Of a stretch of DNA of 64,000 nt, positions 11,330 through 23,420 are shown one piece after another. The translations under genes and the position numbers were made by a program. Numbering within the stretch: the stretch's first letter is position 1; each line of letters begins with the position of its first letter. The DNA comes from Camelus dromedarius (taxonomy: Eukaryota): the NCBI RefSeq assembly GCF_036321535.1, contig NC_087436.1:107882001-107946000 (forward strand), read 5' to 3'. A model generated the notes under the pieces. The model did no database searches. It had not been told where the DNA came from and was given only the letters and a program-made list of their open reading frames with translations.

Positions 11330-12260
11330 TCGTGCAGCAACGTCGCGAGTCTAGCCTTCCGAGTCTGAGGTGCTGGGGGACCCAGCCGCGCGTTCGGTGC
11401 GAAGGCGCGGTGCCCTCGAGCCCCTCCGCACAGCCCGGCGCTGCGCGCAGCAAGACGGGGTCTGCGAGGCGCAGCTCACAGCCCGCTGGCAACTCTCGAG
11501 TCGCCTCCGGTCTCTTTAGGGTCTGGCTGCTCGGTCGCCAGAGCCCCCGCGCCAGCCCCCCAGCCGGTGACTCGGCAGCAGGTGGCAGGGGCGACGTGAG
11601 GGCGGGAGAGGGGAGGGGGCGCCTACTCCGGCTCCAGGCTCCCCGCTCCCGCTCGCAGCCCGCCCGCGCGCCCCCGCCGCCCAGCGCCGCCCAGCGCCCC
11701 CGGCGCCCCCCGCCGGCCTCCGCCCGCACCTGCAGCCCGCTCCGCGCGCCTGGCCCGCCGCCACCGCCGCCGCGGCCGACTCTCTCGCTCCCAGCGCGGC
11801 GGACGCCCCGGGCCGAGCGGCGAGCGCGCTCCGGTGCCAGACCCATCGCCAGACGCCCCTGGGCCGGTTGACCCTCGAGTACCTCTCCTGCACCCTGCGT
11901 CCCCAAAGATGAATGTGAGGAGGGTGGAAAGCATCTCGGCTCAGCTGGAGGAGGCGAGCTCCACAGGCGGTAGGATGCGATAAGCATTGGAGCGGGCGCC
12001 CCGCTTCCATCCTCTTTCCCTCGCAAGCTGAGATGGGGACCCCTTCCTCGGCTGGCTGGGGACGCTTGTTGCCTTTGTTGCATGAGAGACCGTCACCTGG
12101 GCGGGACTGGGAATGGGAGGTGGCAGCGGCGGGAATGGGGGTGCGAAGGAGAGGGGGTGCATGCGAGGTCCAGGTTGGGGAAGAAGGGATGTTTGAAGTG
12201 TGAGTGAAACTCGCCGGTGGCAGGGTCCCCTGCGATCCTGTGCCTACTTTTGCCTTCTCT
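11330..12260 (+). promoter_or_regulatory. KCNIP4: CpG-island promoter and 5' UTR of KCNIP4
   Basis: Sharply elevated GC and CpG density against a CpG-depleted background. Contains GC boxes (GGGCGGG, GGGGAGGGGGCG), a CRE-like GACGTGA near 11593, and no obvious TATA box. Surrounds the first coding exon. The exact TSS cannot be read from sequence. Confidence 0.9.
11909..11969 (+). CDS. KCNIP4: KCNIP4 (Kv channel-interacting protein 4, KChIP4) first coding exon; partial CDS, 20 codons + 1 nt, phase-1 intron follows
   Basis: ATG at 11909 in context aaagATGa (A at -3) translates to [20 protein letters not shown] plus the first base of Gly. This matches the N-terminus I recognise for mammalian KCNIP4 isoform 1 ([26 protein letters not shown]...). 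It is followed at once by a GT donor (GCG|GTAGGA, 11970) and lies in a CpG island. It is too short to appear in the ORF track. Confidence 0.95.
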
Positions 12261-14590
12261 GAAAATTTCCCGTGGTTGTTTATGCATCCTCCAGACGACT
12301 TCAGACCACACACTTCCTTCCCCTAACACCTGGGGGTAAATGAGCTGAAATGGTATTGATCCGCTCCCTCCACGTCGCCTGTATCCTCCCAAGCATTTCT
12401 TCATTAAAACTCTATTTTCGTCCCCTGGTAATATACAGGCGGAATGTTTCCCAGGTCAGGTTCTTCAACAGGACCGTGTACCTTGTTTTATTGCCAGCTT
12501 CAATTTAGTGTCTTCAGAGGATATGGTCCTCAGTGACACTTGGAAATAATTTATACACAGCACAGCCTTGGAAAGGTAGTCTGCAAGGAGCTTGGCTTTC
12601 TGAGAGTATCCTGCATTTTGCGAAAGCAGGGAGAAGACATGTTTTGATCAATTCAGTGGTATCCATAGCGAAATACGGGACAATATCTCCTCCCCTCTCC
12701 CTCCACTCCAATAAAGCCTCTTCCGGTTGAATTGGTTTGTTTTCAGGTGGTTTTGATGTGTAGAGTTTTTCAGAGAAGCTGTAAATCGAGTGAAGGTGGT
12801 TATAGCGAACCTGAGAGTGATGAAGAGCTGGACCTTTCCCCGATTATGTAAGATGCGGGGGTCACACATGGCTACAGCATACTTTGGATTTACGGGATGA
12901 AAAACTTGTGCATGAAGGCTGTAAAGTTGCAAGGAAAGAGGCATTTCCACATTCTTCGTGTTTATATCCAGGGAAGTAGAGTGACTTGAACAGCTTGAGT
13001 CCATCACTCGAATGTATGGACAGTGAGATACAGACAAGTGCTCTTTCTTACCTTCCCTCCAATAGTTCAGGTTATTGTAACTGGGAGGACTTTAGTCTTA
13101 TTTGAATGTGAAATTTTAAAGAAAAAGTTATAGGCTGGAAAAAATATGACCATCAAATTTAAAGCCCCAAAGTAGACTTGTAACGATGTTTAGTTCAGGT
13201 TTCCCTTGTGACAATAGCTGCTGCTCATTGCAAAGCCAAGTACGTCTAGGATCTATCTTATGGGGGACACTCAGAACCTTTAAGAGATTGAACTTTTCAG
13301 AAAGGCAGTTTACATGTAGAGGGCTGAGTAGTTGTTGAGTTCATAGGGTCTCTGTCTTTGTAGTTCCTTTGACTCAGAATAGGGTAAGGAACGAGCTATT
13401 TTTTCCAGTACTGCCACTCAGGCACGAGGCAACAGTAGGCACTCAAAAGACAGGGGGGCTGTAGGAGCTTAAGTCTGGGGAACTGGGTGGCTTGCATTGT
13501 TTGGCCGCTCAGCGATGGTAGCTTTTTGGCTGGGCCTAGTCTTTAATTGGCCAGATGGGGATTGAGTCAGCATGTCTGGTCTATTCACATATGCCATAGG
13601 TGGCCGCAATCTCTACCTGTTGGATAAAATGAGAAAGATGAAAACATGTCTGGGGAGTATGATGTATTAATAAAAAAACTTTTAGTACCGTCTCTAGAAT
13701 CAGTGTGTGTTCATTGTTCCTTTGGAGAATAGGAAGATGTTGATTTGTATCCTGGCTCAGGTGAGACCAAGAGGGAAGCGTTTCCTGGCTTGATTTGATT
13801 TGACACCTGTTTCTTGAATTGTATTCACACATTTTTAGAGTTAATTGTTATATATCAAGACTAAAGAAAGAAAATCTTTGGAACATCTTTTTCTGTTCTT
13901 GGTGTAATTGTTTGGAGGTTTATATTAGAAAACCATTCCCAAAGATGTACTATGTTCTCAGCAAACCTAAGCGTTAGTACTTTGGTGATTTGTGCTCAGA
14001 TACAGGGTAGTCCTTACTAATCCTGCGATGAGAAAAGTGTCATTTTTAAAGGTTTCAACTGTAGTCTCGGTTTTGTTTTAAAACAACAGATCCTGACTAC
14101 TTGTTTACTTTCATGTTAAGTGGGACATTTGCATAACTTCTTTTTTAATTGAAGTATTGTTGATTTACAATGTTGTGATAGTTTCTGGTGATGCTTTTCT
14201 CTTGAATATATGCCTCTTGGGTGGAAGTTTATAAAATGATTTCATCGGAATCTAAACGAAATTTAACTGGAGGATCCAACTGAGAGGAATGTGTAAAGAT
14301 GAGAGAGAAACCTAGAATTGGAGAAGTGTGTACGTGTCTCTGTGTTTATTTTATGATGTAACTCTAGAGCCAGAATACTGTGAAAAAGTTGCTTGAGAGA
14401 CATAGGAGAAAACTACATTAAAGTGAAAGTAGGGAGGGAAATGCAGGAGAGATGGGAGCAGGGTTGAATTGTGTTGCTGAAACTTTATAAAACTATATAG
14501 CTAAAAAGTTCTCACTTTTCAACAGGTAATGCATTTAATACGCTAACTGATTAACACCACTTCTAAGTCACTATAGTGGACACTCAGTAC

Positions 14591-15314
14591 TGTGGAGTAG
14601 AAAATGGTCATGTTGTTAATGACTGCATACAAGTAGAGAAGTTTTCTTACTGATCATAGTTTGCTCCCCTGCGATAAAATCAAATCTCCTGAGACCAGTG
14701 GAGAGACAGAGGGAGATGATAACTCAATAGTGTATTTGAAAGGGAATCAGAAATGAGGTCAGAGGGAAAAAAGACTCACAAAATTATTCACTGTGTCCTT
14801 AATATGGGCCATCTAACTTAGGAATGGCGGAAGTTATGTGATGTAACCTACAGAAAAGTGGGGAGGGAAGTGTGTTTCAGGAGTTACTGGAGGAGGTCAT
14901 GGAGAGGACGTGGCCAGCAGGTTGACCCACGAGCTGACCCGGACAATGACAAGCTCTTCACCCCCTCCTCCCCCCTTGGAATGTAAGTTCTGCCTGCTGT
15001 TCCCACCACCCGAGCCACCTTCAAGGGCTCAGCCTTGAAAGAGTAATGCGTTGTTGAGATCATCTGCGTGGTACATGTGACTGAACCCAGTTAAGACCTC
15101 TCTGTAAACTTTGAAGAATCTGCTGGGTGGGCGTGGAGATCTACTGTCTTGCCATCGCTCAAGACAAGCCTTGTATGTAAGGTCCTTTGCTTATTCAACC
15201 TGCCAGTGACCCATCTGGAGTGGTCCACTTCTTTCTTCCCTCCCTCCTTGCCCTCTGGGTATGGGGCTCAGTTTCAAATTTCACATGGGAAGCTCCCGAG
15301 TTTGAGAACCAATA
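14591..15314 (+). mobile_element. ERV1-class solo LTR (about 724 bp)
   Basis: Starts with TG (14591) and ends ...AACCAATA (degenerate CA), flanked by a 4-bp direct repeat GTAC (14587-14590 / 15315-15318). Has an LTR-like layout with a decayed TATA-like CTCTGTAAAC (~15100), a decayed polyA-like CTTATTCAACC (~15190) and a pyrimidine-rich U5. Confidence 0.7.
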
Positions 15315-16189
15315 GTACAGTGAAAAACACTCTTCATTTGTATATCGTTTGATGGATCTATCATGGCTCCCGCTTAAGTTTTGTGTTTATTGAGGATAAG
15401 GCAAACTCAAATTAGTAATTCCACAAGGGCAGTAGTGAAAAGTCTATTTATTCAGAACCCTGGAAAAGCTTTTTATGACACAAGGCATTTCTGTTTTATT
15501 TATGTTGTTAAATGTAAGAAGGTTCTAAGCAAATGATATGGTGAAGTGTTAAAATTCAACAACGCTCCTCCCTTTGCTGAATTTTTTTTCTGGCCAATGC
15601 TTATGTAAAGTTTCATGAAATAAGGCTACGGATCGTTTGGAAATTAACAAGCCATGCAAGATAAAAAGTGTGTGCAAGATTTCTACCGAATTGTAGACCA
15701 GATAGCGGTTGAATCTTTTAAAGATATATTTCTGGATTTACAGTACATGGTCTTTCTTACTCTTTTTTTTTTTTTTTGGTCCTTTTATTTGTTTTTCTTG
15801 TCATCACTGCTTTTCTAGAACATGGGGATATTATTGCTTTTCAATATTTCATTGCAGAGTGTGCTTGCTTACTTAATAGCCTCTCTTCTTAGGGACTTTC
15901 AAGCAGATTAAAGAGAGAAAGGGAGAGAGAGTGTGTGTGTAAGAGAGAGAGATGGATGGAGGAAAGGAGGGATGGGGGTTTAATTTGTTCAATGGCCTTT
16001 GCCATCCTTAAAAATATTTTAAAGTTATATAACTACATCTGTCACTACAAGTTTATTCACCCTTGGGCATTAAATCACCTACTTCTTTTTCAAAGCTGTT
16101 CATTTGGTTCAAAGTCCTAATAATGGTCTTTTCTCTATTCACATTGTCCTGAACTCGCTGAAGTGCTTCATGCTGTTTATCAACACCCC

Positions 16190-17420
16190 TTAGAAGACTA
16201 GGAACCCTGAGAGCAGAGCTCACCGCTGTGTCCCCAGCATCTGGCATGAAGCCTGACATGTAATATTTGCTCAATGATAGATATTTATTGAATGAAATCT
16301 CCTTCCTTGCATTTTGTGACACTGCATTATTCTGTTTCCTCCTCCTCCTCCTCTCAAGTCTCATTTTCTGACCTTTATTTCTCCCTTTGCCCATTTTGTG
16401 CAACTTTGCACAAAGTTCTGTCTTCCTTCTCTTCTCTCTGTCTACTCTCTCCTTAATCTAACTGTGGTTTTGATGCATCTTACCTGGATGTGGAGGTCTC
16501 CTTAGTCTACAGCTCTGGCCCAGTCCCTTTTCTAGAATACCAGATGGACATTTCCATGTCCTCTTGGTCAGACTCATCAGTAAGTTTTACCAGCACCTCT
16601 AAGTCAGTGTGTCAGAAAAGACATGTCCTCCTTGCTAAGAACAATTTACTGTCCAAATTTTGATAATGGTGACATCATTTTTTGATGCATGCAGTTAAAC
16701 AATAAAGCAAAAGTGTTTCCTTCTCTATGGTACTTCTCACCTTGCTTAGTTCCTCCCCTTCCACGTGGAATCAGATACCAAGCTTTATTGCTTTTCTTCT
16801 AGCTTTTATGTTTAGCTCCTCCAGTTCCCACTGTATCACTCAAGGTTATATTCTTATTTTCCAGGCCATCATGGTTGTCTTCGATTTACATTAAGTGCCA
16901 CTCCCTACTCACAACCAAATGAATTTACTAACACCTGATTTGAGTCAGGTCATTCTCCTGTGCAAAATCTTTCAATATTGTCTCCCAGGACTCTTCTACA
17001 CTTTGACCTGCTAAACTGGACTGTTCCCTAGTCCCCAAACATATCTCATATTGTACCTGCTGCTTAGAATGAACTTCCTGCCCCAGTGTTACCCACTCAG
17101 CATCGTTGAGCATTCAGCACTGAACAGTATCCTTCAAGATTCATCTCAAATACAGTATCTTTCTCCATGCAGCCTTAGTGATTCCTCCCTGCCTCCTCCC
17201 CAGAGAATTGTGCTTTGAATTTTCATTGGTCATTTTCCTTTTATTTTGACTTATGTCTGAATAACAAGGCACAATAAACTATGAATATTTGTTTTGTTTG
17301 CAGTTTTAAATTGTAACTCCTTGATGGTGAGTACCATACGTGAGTTACTAATTTTTGTACCCCTGCTAGTGACTCGCACAATGCTTCACAAAATAGTAGA
17401 TGCTTAAAAACATAGTTATT
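16190..17420 (+). mobile_element. L2 LINE fragments
   Basis: L2 3' end CCTGACATGTAATATTTGCTCAATGATAGATATTTATTGAATGAA (~16290), further degenerate L2 body, and a second 3' end near 17400. Confidence 0.65.
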
Positions 17421-17979
17421 GGATTTAAATAAACCACATTGCCCAGTGGTAGACCCACCAAAGACCCATAATTACGATCCACGTTTGATTGCTTGTAAAG
17501 CCATCTACTGGAAGCGGCATTCTTTTTTTGGATCTGTCCTTTCCATTTACTGGACCAGGTCTATAAGTATAGCAATATGACACCAAGATAGTCCTCCTCT
17601 GAGCTGTACATGTTCCTGCATCTATAATGCATGGCTATGAGAGTTTACATCAGTTCTGAAAAAGGGCTTAATGAGCAACCGGTGTGTTCTGTGACTCCAG
17701 AGCCATAGTCAGTGTCGTCTTTGGATACTGTTCCTACGACTGCCTCATACTTAATACCTTCCAGACCTGTCACCTCCAGGCTCGGTAGTTCAGGTGGCCC
17801 CCAGTGAGTGACTGTCACCTATCCTGGTTCCATTCCCAGAAAAAGAGTGGAAAAATGAGCTAAGTACTCCCTCTGAATCATGACTTTGACTGTTGATACT
17901 AGTCTGAGTTTGTGTTACATAGAATGTCTCTTCCTAGCATTTCCCAGTCCAGAGCCTCAGTGGCTGCACCACCATGTCT

Positions 17980-18036
17980 GTCGTCGTCGTCGTCGTCGTC
18001 GTCATCATCATTATCATCATTATCATCATCATCATC
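17980..18036. repeat. Compound trinucleotide microsatellite (GTC)8(ATC/ATT)11
   Basis: Read directly from the sequence. Confidence 0.95.
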
Positions 18037-21000
18037 AGTACCCTCATCAGGTGATAAATCCTTTCATTCTAACCACGGCTGTGGAGAGGAATGGAAAAAC
18101 TAAACAAACAGCCGAGACATCATTCAGTGTACACAGATCCATTTCCTTAGATGCCTTTTCTCTCATATCAAACTTTGCAGATTCAGGCTGTGTTGGGAGG
18201 AAACTAGAAGAGGGGTGGAATCCAGGGCAGGGCTGAGATGAGGTGAGGTTCAGCTTTTTTCCTCTTACCACTGCAGCTGTCTCCCATCTTGCCCAGTCTC
18301 TCCGCTATGGGTGGCTCTCAGATGGACCCATATGCACGTAGCATGAGAAAGTCTGAAAAAGGAGAGTCTCAGTGTTTAAACATCAGAGTCCTCCCTACAC
18401 TCTGACAACCTAAGGAGTAATTTGAACATAGATACAAATACAGAATTTGCCATATTGAGCACCTGGCCTTCATGCCCATGTTAAGGGCTGATTTTTCTTT
18501 CCCGATGAACACAGCCAGTGTGTTTGAATGGCTCTCCCATTGGAAATAGGTTGTCAGTTTAAATACTCCTTGGATGTATTATTGACCTTTTAGAAACTTC
18601 TCTCTCCTGCATGTTCCATCTCAGTTGTTTAGGTAAAACAAGTAGTTAACCAATTTTACAACAACAGTGCATACCTTTTTGGTTACCTGAAATTTGCATT
18701 GGTTTAGTTAGGGAAGTGTCCGCCCAGGTATTCAGGCAGCATCTGCTCATGAATAGTGAATAAAAAGTCTCTAGGGAATTAGACCTGGCCTTTTTTTTTT
18801 TTTTTTTTTTGTAGGCCTTTACTTTAAAAAGGTTTTAGAGGAGAAATAGACTTCATCTCCAGATGTCAACACTTCTTAACAGTGGAAGGATCTTTTGAGT
18901 GAAGCAGTTGATTTAAGAAATGACATCTGCAGCCCAACTAGGAATCAAAATCAGATTTGACTGGTAGAGTAGCTACTGCAGTTTAACAGCTATGCATGCT
19001 TTCTCTGTTTCTCTCTTTTTCTCGTGTCTTTGCTACAATAGTATCTGTACTTTGTGTTCAGATTCTAAGGTGCCCCCAAGGATGTCCCCAAATATTATTT
19101 TTTAAACCAGGGGAGACATGACTTCCAAAAGTCTTCACGAGCTTCATAATAAAATTTGGTGGCAATGGCACATGTGACTGTTAAACTGCTCTACATCTCA
19201 GAATGGATATTATGTCAGGGGCTTTATTTTGGGTTGTGACTTTTTGCACTTTAATTGAATTTTCATTAGAATAGCATGAGAAACTACGTATAAAAATGGT
19301 CTAGCCCGTACCTTTTATCCATGTTTCGTATGTGGTAAGTGCTCCAGAGATGTGTTGAGTGACTAAAAGTATCTGATGCTGGGGTTATACCCTAAAGATG
19401 GAGGTACCCTCTCATGCTCCGATCCATTCCATCGCCATGGAAATGGATCTGCAGGTCGTCTTCCGGTGTCTGCAGGGAATCTGTGGAAAACCCCAAACCG
19501 TAATCTAGAAATCACAAACAGACATTTCAAAGATAACCCTGTCAAATCTAGTCCTGAGAACTTGCTTCATTTGGTGGGAAGTCTACTTTGGAGAAATTTT
19601 ATTCACTTTGGAAAAGTGAGAACATATAGAATAGCCAGTGAGTATAGTACTGCTGTTCCTCCTTCTTCATATATAAGATGGTGGTAGTCATGTCCACTTG
19701 TAGGTTACAGGGGTGGATTTTGTAATGATGAAACAAGATTAATCAGCAAATACGCATTTACAGAGAGCTAGTTGGTGCTGGGATGGGGGAGATGTAGAGT
19801 CTGCCCTCAGAGACCTTACTGTTTATTCAAGAGATACTTACTGAGTATGCAAGTAGGAGAGAAAATAAATAACTAAACATGTATATTTTAAAATATTCAT
19901 TACCATAACAGAAGTAAAATGAAGTGGGATGGACGCTGAAAAGCAAGATTACTTCAAGTTGATATTCGTGCCATCCTTTCCAAGTGGACGCAGTGAAAGC
20001 GAACAGTGATAGTGAACTTGATCTTTCTCTCTTTGGGATCTTGCAGAATAAAGCTATCCCAAGAGCTGAGCTTAAGAGTCTATATTCTGTCATCCAATTT
20101 CTTCCTGTCTTCTGTTTTCCACCTATAATATGGGTTTATGTGTCCATTACTTAAGTATATTGTGATGTTATCAAAGCCATTTTAAAGATTTTTAAAACCT
20201 ATGATGCTAGGAGTCTGTAAAGAAGTGTACTTTTTTTTCTAAAGCAAACTTGATTTTGAAGCTTGGAGAATACAAGATGAATAGTAACTTCTGTTTAAAG
20301 GTAGTCATAAAGGAATTGAAATGCCTAGCTCTCTCTTTGCCAGTTTAAATAATATTCTGGTAAAGGCAGAGGCATTTCAAATCAGTGTAGGATTTTTAAA
20401 AAATTAAGTAGAATATAGGTCTAATTTTTAAATTTCGTTTTGTAGAATCAATCATTTATCATAAGGATATTATTAGACCTGATCTAATATTATGAGCACT
20501 TGTGAACACCAGATTCTGCTAATCCTTTCTCACATTTTTTTCCAAGAATTCTTCAGACAATCTTGCCATATCATCCGTTTCCCCAAACTCTGTTTAATTT
20601 GAGGCCGAGTCTCTTCCTACTGAGATGCATGGTATTACTGCAATCTGATCTCCATTCCCTTTCCTTTCATGGTCCAGTTTCATCACAGTTTCCTGCTGAA
20701 GTTGTGATCTCTGAGAGAGCTGGTGCAGGCTCTGAAACACAGGTGCACTACATTAATTGGAAGGTTGTGGGAGGGAAATCTTGGAAGACAAGTATAAAAC
20801 GATGAGAGTTCAGAACCAGACATCGGAAAACACGGAAAAGGGAAGGTGGAAGCTGCAAAGTATAGCAATATCCAGGGCCATAGAGGGAGGGAATTCTGCC
20901 AGGGATTTAGAGAATAAACTCCATTTTTGATGGGAACATTGTAAGACAGTTTTTAAAAAGGCAACACATCTTAAACTGCAAGGCTTAAAGGTAATAAATA

Positions 21001-21182
21001 CTAGCACTTCTGATGTGACTTAAGTGCCAGATTTGCAGTTAAACCATATACACCATCCTAGTAAGGTTGTAGATGGAGATTCTGAATGAAAATTAATCAT
21101 TTAGAAGACTAATACTTTCAAAACTGTTGTTCATTTCTCAGGATAAATACTGACAATGCAAAATCTACAAGGAGGATTGAAC

Positions 21183-21190
21183 TGTGTGTA

Positions 21191-21234
<44 letters not shown>

Positions 21235-21251
21235 TAATTTTTTTTTTTTTT
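21183..21251. repeat. (TG)/(TA)n microsatellite followed by poly(T)
   Basis: Read directly from the sequence. Confidence 0.9.
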
Positions 21252-21884
21252 AGAAAGAGTGCAATTTAAAACACACTTTTATTTATCTTGGATCCCTGAT
21301 CTTGAGATTGTGACTTTTCATAACTCTCCTCAGAATAGAATTTCAGATTTTAATCAGTGACAGTTATAACTTCAGTTTTAATGCAATCTGTGTTCTGATA
21401 GTTTTCAAAATAGTTTTGAAGGTGTTATTCAATAGTCATCTATTTAAAACACATTGATCAGTTACCTACTATAGGAGAGAAACTGCTAGTCAGTATTTCA
21501 GAGTATAAACAGGCATGTTAGTTGTTTAGGAATTAAGCTTTTAAATCATACCTTTCTTCTCCACCCCAGAATTCGACTTGATCTGAATTGTGTATTGATG
21601 AGTAGAGCATGTTGGCTTAGCTCATTTTCAAAGGCATGTGCTAAATACTTTCATGGGACCCTGGGATATGTCCTCATGGAGGAGATCAGAAGCTGCAGCC
21701 CTTGTCTCCTGTGAAATAATAAGCTGACAGCACAGAGTAGACCTTCTATAGTCACAGTGTTTGTTACTAAGTGATACTGGTTTCACAGAGTCACATAAAA
21801 TACAAAACAAACCCTATGTGGGAAAAAACAGCATTAAGTGTAGGCTTGATAATATTGCTACTCTCATATCAGTCAAACGGGAGC

Positions 21885-23420
21885 CAATTTATTCTTTTGT
21901 AAAACATAGTACATATCTATTATTTGCCAACTATTGTTCTAAGTACTAGAATACAGAGATGAAAAATAACCTTTGGGAAACCCTGAATCTAGTTAAAGAG
22001 GCAGACATGTTGAGATGGTAACTGGAATGTGGAAAGTCCTGTGATAGCACCAAGCACAGAGGGCTTCGGGAAGACAGGTGTGAGTCACCTCATACAAGCT
22101 GGATAGGGGGAAAGAGAGCTCCCTAGACTGGATGGGACTGGAGGATGAGAATGAGTTTTCCAGGTAAAGACAGCAGGTGGACAGGGAGAGAGCTGTGGCT
22201 GTAAGAGAATGTGGTGGTGTCACCAGGGACAGTGAGAAATCTTGTGTGCAGTTGAAGTGGGGGAGGGTAGAAGGGAACAGGGACATGGGAAGCTGGAGAA
22301 GTAGTTGGGGTCAGGATGTGAAGGCAGTGGGGAGCTACTGACAAATTTCAATCAAGAGCAGAGCATGATCACTTCTGCATGTTGGGCAGATATCTGCAGT
22401 GATGTGGTGGACAGACCACAAGGGAATGAAAGAGTGGGCAAGGGGAACTGCTGAGGTGGGATTGCAGGTGAGACATATTGAGGATCGTAGTGAAGCACTG
22501 GTGAGTGATGGAGAGTAAAGGGTATACATGAGATAAATAGAGGACAAGACCAACAGGAGCTGATGACAGGTTGTAATTGGGGTTGGAGGAGAAGGAGGAG
22601 CCTGGATTGTCTTCTGGATTTCTGGTTTAGGTAACTGGTGGGTGCCATCTATTTACCAAGATGGGAAATAAAGAAGGAGGCTTAGCTGAAAGAAAATGAG
22701 ATCAATTTTGGGACTATAACATTTAAGGTCTTTAGGGATATCAAAATGGAGTTGTCCAGTAGTTACTGGGCTATTTGAATCTGGTACATGAAATTGAGGT
22801 CTGATTCTGTAGACAGTGAGGAGCCAGTTGAATTTAGGAAGAGTGACAGAATGAGGAACATAAATTTTGCATAGCTGTGTAGGCTGCATCATTGACAAGG
22901 ATGTCATTAGGAGGCTGTTGCATTAGTCTAAGCGAGAGAAAACAAACGTTTGAACAGTGGTCGAGGCAGTGGGGATGGAAGGGTGGGATGACTGGGAAGG
23001 AGAAGGATGGGGAGATTGGTGATGGGTGTCTCGTGGTGCCATGATGGAGAAGTAGAGAACACAGGCAGACAACAGGTTTTGGAGGGAAGATAACATGTTC
23101 ACTTTTAGAAATACTGACTTTGATGGGCTAGGGAAGCATCCAGGTCAATCTGTCCCAAACAGGAAATGTATAGTTCAAGTTTAAGTGATTTCAGAGGGGC
23201 ATAAATTATTAAGCAGTCAGTATTGGGGTGGGTATTAAGGGCAGAGAGATGAATGAGGTATGGATTTACTCTGAAGAAGCTGGCCATCAGACCAAGCTGG
23301 GGACTCAAATTTGGGAGTCAACTGCCGAGAGATAAAGGTAATTGAAGACATGAGACTGAATAGGGGACAAAGTCTAGGATTCAAACTATGAAGAATAAGA
23401 GTGGAAGATGGATATAAAAC
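21885..23420 (-). mobile_element. L2 LINE (fragmented, partly repeated segments)
   Basis: Purine-rich reverse-strand L2 motifs (AGCAGAGCATGATCACTTCTGCATGTT, TTTCTGGTTTAGGTAACTGGTGGGTGCCATCTATTTAC, AATTTGGGAGTCAAC). Confidence 0.65.

Noticed and set aside
11071..12404. Long overlapping ORFs (266, 254, 265 and 103 aa) on both strands across the CpG island
   Set aside because: Low-complexity Pro/Arg/Ala/Gly translations are expected from stop-poor GC-rich DNA. They have no recognisable domain, and the real KCNIP4 exon is in a different frame from the 11071..11871 ORF.
17880..18271. ORFs with poly-Arg/His or poly-Ser runs
   Set aside because: They are translations of the (GTC)n(ATC)n microsatellite.
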